From contig JBDRRF010000101.1 in assembly GCA_043825875.1 (NCBI GenBank), positions 1 to 16,037 of the forward strand: DNA of 16,037 nucleotides, given 5' to 3'. This DNA is from Pseudomonadota bacterium. GTDB taxonomy: Bacteria > Desulfobacterota > Desulfobacteria > Desulfobacterales > RPRI01. A program made the position numbers and the translations under genes. The notes under the pieces are model-generated. The model was given only the letters and a program-made list of their open reading frames with translations, did no database searches and had not been told where the DNA came from. Below, one piece after another: positions 9,082-16,037 of this stretch (its first letter is position 1; each line of letters starts with the position of its first letter).

Positions 9082-10125
9082 ATGCTTTTAAATCCTCTTA
9101 CCAGAAAAAAAATACAGCGTTTTAAATCCATAAAAAGAGGGTTCTATTCTTTTTTGCTGTTGTCTTTCATGATTCTTATTTCTTTTTTAGCAGAAAGTTT
9201 TGTAAACAGCCGGGCTCTGGTAGTTTACTATAATAATCAATTCTATTTTCCTGTGTATGCCGATATGATTCCAGGCAGTAAATTCGGCCTCGATTATGAT
9301 TATGAAACAAATTACAGGCAGTTAAAAAAAGTATTTGCAGAAGGGAAAAAAGGAAATTGGCTTATTATGCCTTTAGTGCCTTATAATGCTTATGAAAATG
9401 ATCTCATACAAGACAAGTTCCCGCCGTATCCTCCTTCGTTTAAACATAAACACTATTTAGGTACCGATAATGTAGGAAGAGATATTCTTGCCCGCCTTGT
9501 ATATGGTTTTAGAATTGCTATATCATTTTCCCTTCTTCTGCTATTATTTAATTATGGGATCGGTATTAGTATCGGAAGCGCCATGGGCTATTTCGGGGGA
9601 AAATTTGATCTTTTTTTCCAGCGTATAATTGAAATATGGTCTAATATTCCGTTTCTTTATGTAATCATAATTATATCTTCTATTGTCGTGCCCGGATTTA
9701 TTACACTGATACTGATCATGGCTTTTTTCGGATGGATTGGTATAACATGGATTATACGCACGGTAACATATAAAGAAAAAGCAAGGGAATATGTACTTGC
9801 AGCAAAGGCTATAGGTGCTTCAAACAGCCGCATAATTTTCAAACATATAATCCCAAACACAATATCAATTATAGTAACCTATGCTCCTTTTGCTGTTTCA
9901 GGCGGAATAGTTGCTCTTACTTCACTTGATTATCTTGGCTTCGGTTTGCCTCCTCCAACACCAAGTTGGGGAGAACTAATACAGCAGGGCTGGATACATA
10001 AAGATTCATGGTGGATCGGAGGATCGGTTATAAGTGCAATGACTTTAACTTTACTTACGGTGACATTCATTGGAGAAGCAGTAAGAGAGGCTTTTGATCC
10101 TAAAATGTATTCAGTATATGAATAG
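9082..10125 (+). CDS. Peptide ABC transporter permease (YejE/OppC type)
   Basis: RFKSIKRG, HYLGTDNVGRDILARLVYGFR, EYVLAAKAIGAS and LGFGLPPPTPSWGEL. Start moved to ATG 9082, 4 bp after the upstream stop. Confidence 0.93.
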   Translation: MLLNPLTRKKIQRFKSIKRGFYSFLLLSFMILISFLAESFVNSRALVVYYNNQFYFPVYADMIPGSKFGLDYDYETNYRQLKKVFAEGKKGNWLIMPLVPYNAYENDLIQDKFPPYPPSFKHKHYLGTDNVGRDILARLVYGFRIAISFSLLLLLFNYGIGISIGSAMGYFGGKFDLFFQRIIEIWSNIPFLYVIIIISSIVVPGFITLILIMAFFGWIGITWIIRTVTYKEKAREYVLAAKAIGASNSRIIFKHIIPNTISIIVTYAPFAVSGGIVALTSLDYLGFGLPPPTPSWGELIQQGWIHKDSWWIGGSVISAMTLTLLTVTFIGEAVREAFDPKMYSVYE

Positions 10126-10149
10126 TAATTGGGGGGCAGGATTGTAATT

Positions 10150-11979
10150 ATGAAAATATCTATTGCGTTTATCAAGCTTTTTTTAGTTGCCGGGATATTA
10201 TTAATTTGTGCTCAGTCTTATGCTGCCACGCCTCAACTGCCAAAAGATATAAAATGGCTTACAAATAATTCCGACCCGGTTTTTGCATCAGATGATGCAA
10301 AAAGAGGAGGAATATTTCATGCCGCTTTGATGAGTTTCCCTATGACTTTTCGTGTAGTCGGACCTGATTCCAACAGTGGCTTCAGAAGTGCTATTTTGGG
10401 TAATCAGCTATCTCTTATAGGACTTCACCCGAATACTTTAAATATTATTCCCGAAATTGCAACTCACTGGGCTTTTGGTAAAGATAAAAAGACCATGTAT
10501 TTCAAGCTTAACAAGAAAGCACGCTGGCCGGATGGAGTATATGTGACGGCAGCTGATTTTGCCTATACGCTTGATTTCATGCGCTCAAAACATATAGTAG
10601 CCCCCTGGTATAATGATTACTATGCCAAAGAGATAGACCGGGTTATTGTATATGATGACTATACCCTTGCCGTTGTTGCAACAAAAGCGGAACCGGATAT
10701 TTATCTAAAACTGGGAATAAGTCCCACCCCCCGTCATTATTATAAAAAACTGGATAAAAATTTTGTAAGAAAATATAACTGGAAGATTGTGCCAAACACA
10801 GGGCCTTATCAAATAAGTGATTTTGTAAAAGGAAAATCTGTGGTTTTCAAACGCAAAATTAATTGGTGGGGAGAAACTCTTAAGTATTTTAAAAACCGTT
10901 ATAACGTGGACAAAGTAATGTTCAAGGTAATCAGAGACGGTAATATAATCTGGGAGTATTTTAAAAAAGGGAAAATAGATGAGTACAACATGACCATTCC
11001 GGAATATTGGCATGTGAAATCAAAGACGCCGGTTATAGAAAATGGCTATGTTCACAGAATCTGGTTTTTTAATGATACGCAACAGTCTGCAACGGGGCTG
11101 TGGCTTAACCAGGATAAGGAAATATTCAAGGATATAAATGTTAGATATGCGTTTGCGTATGCAATGAATATAGAAAAGGTTATAGAAAAAGTATTGCGAA
11201 ACGATTATTTCAGACTCGAACATGGATTTATGGGCTATGGGCGCTATTCCAATGAGAAGATAAGAGCAAGAAGGTTTGATCTTAATAAAGTTGACTTTTA
11301 TATGAAAAAAGCAGGCTGGAAACGCGGCTCAGACGGCATATGGGAAAAAGGAAAAAATCGTTTTTCGGTAAATGTCGCTTATAGTCATGATGAACATACT
11401 CCAAGGCTTGTAGTTTTAAAGGAAGAAGCAAAAAAAGCAGGGATTGAGCTTTTACTGCAAAAACTTGACCCGACAGCCGTTTTTAAAAAAGTTCTTGAAA
11501 AAAAACATGAGGTGGCATGGATGGGTTGGAGTACTTCTTTCAGGCCTCAGTATTGGGAATTTTTTCATTCGGTAAATGCCAACAAACCTCAGACAAATAA
11601 TATCACAAATACTGATGATCCTGAAATGGACAAACTCATAGATGCATACCGCAATTCGCTTGAAGAAAAAGAACGGATAAAACTATCACTTGAAATACAA
11701 CAAAAAATACATGATCTTTGTGTTTTTGTGCCGACTTTCATGGTGCCTTACACTCGTGATGCTTATTGGAGATGGTGGAAATTTCCCAAAGTTCCCGGAA
11801 CCAAAAATTCTACTGATTTATTTGATCCTTTCAGCAGTATGACAGGCGGTCTTTTCTGGTTTGACGCCAACAGCTATGATGAAACTAAAAAAGCCATGAA
11901 AAAGGGTGAAGAATTTGATCCTGTTACTATTGTCGATGAAACTTATAAGATGAAAACAATAACAATGAAAATTCAGTGA
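10150..11979 (+). CDS. Peptide ABC transporter substrate-binding protein (family 5, YejA-like)
   Basis: Signal peptide MKISIAF...SYA. Motifs AKRGG, ARWPDG..VTAAD, TGPYQI and FKDINVRYA. ATG 10150 preferred over TTG 10129. Confidence 0.9.
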   Translation: MKISIAFIKLFLVAGILLICAQSYAATPQLPKDIKWLTNNSDPVFASDDAKRGGIFHAALMSFPMTFRVVGPDSNSGFRSAILGNQLSLIGLHPNTLNIIPEIATHWAFGKDKKTMYFKLNKKARWPDGVYVTAADFAYTLDFMRSKHIVAPWYNDYYAKEIDRVIVYDDYTLAVVATKAEPDIYLKLGISPTPRHYYKKLDKNFVRKYNWKIVPNTGPYQISDFVKGKSVVFKRKINWWGETLKYFKNRYNVDKVMFKVIRDGNIIWEYFKKGKIDEYNMTIPEYWHVKSKTPVIENGYVHRIWFFNDTQQSATGLWLNQDKEIFKDINVRYAFAYAMNIEKVIEKVLRNDYFRLEHGFMGYGRYSNEKIRARRFDLNKVDFYMKKAGWKRGSDGIWEKGKNRFSVNVAYSHDEHTPRLVVLKEEAKKAGIELLLQKLDPTAVFKKVLEKKHEVAWMGWSTSFRPQYWEFFHSVNANKPQTNNITNTDDPEMDKLIDAYRNSLEEKERIKLSLEIQQKIHDLCVFVPTFMVPYTRDAYWRWWKFPKVPGTKNSTDLFDPFSSMTGGLFWFDANSYDETKKAMKKGEEFDPVTIVDETYKMKTITMKIQ

Positions 11980-11985
11980 TAAGTA

Positions 11986-12963
11986 ATGGCTGAAAATGAA
12001 ATATTAAAAGTTGAAAACCTTGTTACATCCTTTGATACGGAAGCAGGCAGAATCCGTGCAGTAGATGATATCAGCTTTGCTGTTAACAAGGGAGAAGTTT
12101 TCGGTATAGTAGGAGAGTCAGGATGCGGAAAAAGTGTAACGGCTCTTTCTATAATGAGACTACTACCGAAACCGGCCGGACAAATTGATAGCGGGCGCAT
12201 TATTTTTTCAGGAACCGATATAGTATCTTTGCCTGCAGAAAGCATGCATCAGATACGGGGAAATAAAATTTCCATGATCTTTCAGGAACCCATGACTGCC
12301 TTAAATCCGGTTCATACCATAGGCGATCAGATAAAAGAAGTATATCTTCTTCGAAATCCGGGAAGGAAAATAAAAGATATCAGAGAAGATTCCATAGAAA
12401 TGCTGAAAAAAGTAGGCATTTCTGACCCTGAAAAACGCATTAAGGATTATCCTCACAGCATATCAGGCGGCATGCGGCAAAGAATAATGATTGCAATGGC
12501 CCTTGCCTGCAAGCCTGATGTCCTTATTGCCGATGAACCTACAACCGCTTTAGATGTAACGATACAGGCACAAATACTGGATCTGATGAAAAAACTTCAG
12601 GATGAAACCGGTATGGCAATAATATTTATAACCCATGCGCTTGGTGTGATAGCTGAAACAAGCAAAAGAGTACTTGTGATGTACGCAGGAAAAATAGCCG
12701 AAACAGCGCCGGTGGAAAGTCTTTTTAAAAACCCTATGCACCCTTATACAAAAGGACTTCTTTTATCCATTCCGCGTCTTGAAGGAAAAAGAAAAACAAG
12801 GCTTCATGTAATAAAAGGTGCAGTTCCTGCTCTTAACGAACTTCCCGAAGGTTGCAGGTTTAAAAATCGTTGCCCGGAAGCTATGGATATATGCGGAACA
12901 GTTTCTCCTCCTTCTGTTCGTATTGAAGATAACCATTTTGTGAGTTGCTATCTTTATGTCTGA
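11986..12963 (+). CDS. Peptide ABC transporter ATP-binding protein (OppD/DppD type)
   Basis: Walker A GESGCGKS, signature ISGGMRQR, Walker [16 protein letters not shown] and a C-terminal Cys cluster. Confidence 0.95.
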   Translation: MAENEILKVENLVTSFDTEAGRIRAVDDISFAVNKGEVFGIVGESGCGKSVTALSIMRLLPKPAGQIDSGRIIFSGTDIVSLPAESMHQIRGNKISMIFQEPMTALNPVHTIGDQIKEVYLLRNPGRKIKDIREDSIEMLKKVGISDPEKRIKDYPHSISGGMRQRIMIAMALACKPDVLIADEPTTALDVTIQAQILDLMKKLQDETGMAIIFITHALGVIAETSKRVLVMYAGKIAETAPVESLFKNPMHPYTKGLLLSIPRLEGKRKTRLHVIKGAVPALNELPEGCRFKNRCPEAMDICGTVSPPSVRIEDNHFVSCYLYV

Positions 12964-13939
12964 ATATCTCATTGAAACAAAAAACATTAAGATATATTTT
13001 CCCGTTTATGGGGGCATATTACGTCGAAAAACAGGAAAAGTATATGCTGTAGACGGCGTATCCCTTAAGGCAAAAAAAGGTGAGACAATAGGGCTTGTAG
13101 GTGAGTCAGGCTGCGGCAAGACAACAACAGGGCGTGCGATTATAAGACTTTATAATTTGACGAAAGGGGATATTTTTTTTGAGGGAAAAAATATTAGCTG
13201 TTTAAGTGACAGGGAAATGAGGCCGCATAGAAGAAATATGCAGATGATTTTCCAGGACCCTTTCGAATCATTGGATGCAAGGCAAACTGTCGGAGATATA
13301 CTGGAAGAACCTTTACTAGTTCATAAATTGGGTTCATCACAAACAAGACGGGAAGAAGTATTAAATCTCTTATCGCGGGTTGGGATACCACAAAACGCAG
13401 TAAACCGTTTTCCACATGAATTCAGCGGCGGGCAACGCCAGAGAATAGGAATAGCAAGGTCTATAGCCTTAAAGCCCAAACTGATAGTGTGCGATGAACC
13501 GGTATCGGCTCTTGATGTTTCTATCCAGTCTCAGATACTTAATCTTCTTATTGACCTTCAGTCCGAGATGAATCTTACTTATATTTTTATCGCACATGAT
13601 CTATCGGTTGTTAAACATATTTCGGATAATATAGCAGTGATGTATTTAGGAAAAATCGTGGAATATACTGATGCCGACACCATTTATGAAAATCCTCTAC
13701 ATCCCTATACAAAAGCATTGATATCCGCAATTCCGGTTCCTGACCCCTCAATTAAAAATAAAAAAATTGTGCTTTACGGAGATGTCCCTTCTCCTTTAAA
13801 TCCTCCATCAGGATGCCGTTTTCATACAAGGTGTCCTGTAGCTTTTGACAGATGCGCAATTGATGAGCCGGAGTTAAAGCAGACACCTGATAATGCCGGC
13901 AAAGAGCATTTAGCTGCTTGTCATCTTATAAATGATTAA
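12956..13939 (+). CDS. Peptide ABC transporter ATP-binding protein (OppF/DppF type)
   Basis: [30 protein letters not shown] and [11 protein letters not shown]. Overlaps the upstream gene by 8 bp. Confidence 0.95.
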   Translation: MSEYLIETKNIKIYFPVYGGILRRKTGKVYAVDGVSLKAKKGETIGLVGESGCGKTTTGRAIIRLYNLTKGDIFFEGKNISCLSDREMRPHRRNMQMIFQDPFESLDARQTVGDILEEPLLVHKLGSSQTRREEVLNLLSRVGIPQNAVNRFPHEFSGGQRQRIGIARSIALKPKLIVCDEPVSALDVSIQSQILNLLIDLQSEMNLTYIFIAHDLSVVKHISDNIAVMYLGKIVEYTDADTIYENPLHPYTKALISAIPVPDPSIKNKKIVLYGDVPSPLNPPSGCRFHTRCPVAFDRCAIDEPELKQTPDNAGKEHLAACHLIND

Positions 13940-13954
13940 AAAAGAAAGCTATTA

Positions 13955-13968
13955 GAGCCAGTTTTAAA
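13955..13968 (+). repeat. Possible terminal-repeat remnant of the MITE-like element
   Basis: GAGCCAGTTTTAAA matches the element end at 13/14, in the 36-bp gap between convergent stop codons. Confidence 0.4.
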
Positions 13969-13975
13969 GTATAGC

Positions 13976-14737
13976 TTATTCTTTTTGCAAAAGATCCTTT
14001 TGTGAGATTTCAGGAGAAAATATATCCGGGGACGTAATATCCGGGTATGATGGGGGGGTGATATCCGGGGTCGTCATATCCTGTGACGTAGTCTCGGGTA
14101 ACGTAGTATCAGGTGATGATATTTCTGGGGACGGTATATCCCGGTTTACCGGACTTATTTCCAAACCCGCCTTGAGAAAGGCTATTTGCTCTATTATAAA
14201 ATCTATTTTGCGCTTTATCAAATCTGATTCTATCTCATCAGGGCCAAGTAACATTGCTCTTTTTAAATATTCATGAGCGGTTTTCAGCTCAGTAAGTGTT
14301 TCTTTATTTAAAGCTATATCCGCTTTATAAATAAGCACCATTCTGTCTATTTTATTTAAACGGGCATTGGCCTGTTGCATAAGATCGTCGTTTATTGCAA
14401 AAGATAAAGACTTGTTCAAATAAGTTCTCATTCCTTCAAAGTCGGGGAGACCCGGCACGTCCATTACTGCATCAGCCTTCTCAATGTAATATTTTGCTAT
14501 TAACGGAAAAACTTCTTCACGCGTATACACATCTTTTAAAGGGTTCGGTGCTTCCGCTCCGGGCATAACAATAAAAAGTTCTCTGCCGAGAGGAGAGAAT
14601 CTTCCCTTCCATATTTCTATTGCTCCCTGCTTATATTCTATAAAGTAATTATCTGTGTTTAAACGGCTTGCCATTAAGGTTATAGAAATTAAGGCTGCAA
14701 CGATTAAAGCTATAGTTACCATTGTTGTCTTTTTCAT
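13976..14737 (-). CDS. Hypothetical N-terminally membrane-anchored protein with acidic Pro/Thr/Ser pentapeptide-repeat tail
   Basis: 253-aa ORF with one N-terminal hydrophobic helix and an apparently helical core. Tail DIPSP-EISSP-DTTLP-ETTSQ-DMTTP-DITPP...DITSP-DIFSP. Confidence 0.75.
   Translation of the reverse strand: MKKTTMVTIALIVAALISITLMASRLNTDNYFIEYKQGAIEIWKGRFSPLGRELFIVMPGAEAPNPLKDVYTREEVFPLIAKYYIEKADAVMDVPGLPDFEGMRTYLNKSLSFAINDDLMQQANARLNKIDRMVLIYKADIALNKETLTELKTAHEYLKRAMLLGPDEIESDLIKRKIDFIIEQIAFLKAGLEISPVNRDIPSPEISSPDTTLPETTSQDMTTPDITPPSYPDITSPDIFSPEISQKDLLQKE
14006..14143. repeat. Degenerate 15-bp tandem repeat (about 9 units)
   Basis: Units such as TATATCCGGGGACGT, GATATCCGGGGTCGT, CATATCCTGTGACGT and TATTTCTGGGGACGG, with one 9-bp interruption at 14051-14059. 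Confidence 0.75.
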
Positions 14738-14995
14738 AAAAGATACACCTTTAGGATTAATTACCCTGCCCCGATATGATATTAGATCGGATATTATGCA
14801 AAGCTCCGGATTTTTGGGAACTTATCTTAATTTATATTCCATATTTTGTAAACACCTTTCGGAAAGTTAAAAAAGCATAAAAAATTATAGTGTTTTTTAT
14901 GAGTAACATACCGAATGAAGAAATAAAACAAGTTTGTTCATGATACTTATTGAGTTATAATACGAAATATATCAAAAACAAAAATTATACCAGGT

Positions 14996-15844
14996 ATGGA
15001 GAGCTATATAGCAATGACCGATAAAACCCTTAATTGCTGTAATCTTGAAGAAAAAAAAGAACGGTTGATTTCAATTTTGAAAAAATATGATTCACTTGCG
15101 ATTGCCTTTTCAGGAGGTGTTGACAGCTCCTATTTGCTTGCTTTGTCACATAAAGTTATGGGTAAGAAAGTATTTGCTATCACAGCCATATCACCGGTCC
15201 ATCCGGCAAGAGAAATCAAATTTGCAAAACAATTTGCAGCAAATCGTAAGATCAGGCATGTAATCATTAAATCGGACGAGATGAGTCTTCCGGAATTTAT
15301 AGCAAACAACAGAAACAGATGTTATGTATGCAAGAAAAATCTTTTTCCGAAGATGCTTGAGTATGCAGTAAAATCAGGAGTAAAAGATCTGGCTCATGGT
15401 GTAAATGTTGATGATCTCAATGACTTCCGTCCCGGTTTTTCAGCCGCTTCAGAGTCGAAAATTGCAGCTCCCCTGATAGATGCCGGGCTTACAAAAAAGG
15501 ATATACGACAGCTTTCAAAAAACATGAATCTTGAAACCTGGAATAAGCCTGCAATGGCATGTCTTGCTACAAGAATACCATATGGGACAAGTATTACACC
15601 CGAAATATTAAATAAGATTGAACATGCAGAAAATGCTTTAATCGATCTTGGTTTTAATACCTGCCGTGTCCGTCATCATGGCGATCTCGCAAGAATTGAG
15701 GTGCCTCCTAAAGATTTTAAAAAGATATTAAGCAAAGAAAATAAGGAAGCAATCATCAAAACAATTAAAAAGGCTGGTTATTTATACGTTACAATGGATA
15801 TTGAAGGCTATATTCAGGGAAGCATGAATAGGCAAGAGCTTTAA
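14996..15844 (+). CDS. larE: LarE-family ATP-dependent sulfur transferase (PP-loop; nickel-pincer nucleotide biosynthesis)
   Basis: PP-loop AFSGGVDS, RCYVCK, DDLNDFRPG, WNKPAMACLATRIPYG, RVRHHG..ARIEV and GYIQGSMN. ATG 15014, preceded by GGAGAG, is an equally plausible start. Confidence 0.92.
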   Translation: MESYIAMTDKTLNCCNLEEKKERLISILKKYDSLAIAFSGGVDSSYLLALSHKVMGKKVFAITAISPVHPAREIKFAKQFAANRKIRHVIIKSDEMSLPEFIANNRNRCYVCKKNLFPKMLEYAVKSGVKDLAHGVNVDDLNDFRPGFSAASESKIAAPLIDAGLTKKDIRQLSKNMNLETWNKPAMACLATRIPYGTSITPEILNKIEHAENALIDLGFNTCRVRHHGDLARIEVPPKDFKKILSKENKEAIIKTIKKAGYLYVTMDIEGYIQGSMNRQEL

Positions 15845-15889
15845 GAAAATGCTATACAGAAAATTTTCAGGCTGGTGTAAATTACCTGC

Positions 15890-16031
15890 GAGCCAATTTC
15901 AAAACGTTTCAGTTTGGTCAAGCTCAAGGCGGGAGAAAATTTCAACCACAGGAATACATTTAGTATTTCGAGGATTGAAATTTGAGCCCAACGCAGAGAT
16001 CGGCCAAAATGGGGCGTTTTGAAACAGGCTC
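15890..16031. mobile_element. MITE-like 142-bp non-autonomous element, copy 2 (inverted relative to copy 1)
   Basis: TIRs GAGCCAATTTCAAAACG / CGTTTTGAAACAGGCTC (15/17). Flanked by the 4-bp direct repeat CTGC (15886-15889 and 16032-16035). Confidence 0.88.
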
Positions 16032-16037
16032 CTGCTA

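Noticed and set aside
14006..14143. Tandem repeat as a CRISPR array
   Set aside because: The units are 15 bp, degenerate, contiguous, have no spacers and are in frame within a CDS. No cas genes are present.

Overview
AT-rich bacterial chromosomal window. The gene content suggests an anaerobic Desulfobacterota-like organism (inference). It holds 13 plausible CDS: (-) DUF362/ferredoxin protein, lipoprotein and MltD-like lytic transglycosylase; (+) YkgJ-type Cys-cluster protein; (-) NapC/NirT tetraheme cytochrome plus HAO-family octaheme cytochrome; (-) GAPDH; (+) five-gene Yej/Opp-type peptide ABC transporter; (-) membrane-anchored hypothetical with a 15-bp tandem repeat; (+) LarE. Two inverted, ~96% identical copies of a 142-bp MITE-like hairpin element bracket the window (76-217 and 15890-16031). 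There are also two isolated end remnants of that element and a GTAG-type REP palindrome. No transposase, CRISPR array, tRNA or rRNA was seen. Most genes are ordinary. The best leads are the hairpin element, the probably reductive HAO-like module, and a LarA-like His/Lys motif in the DUF362 protein. No novel system is demonstrated from sequence alone.
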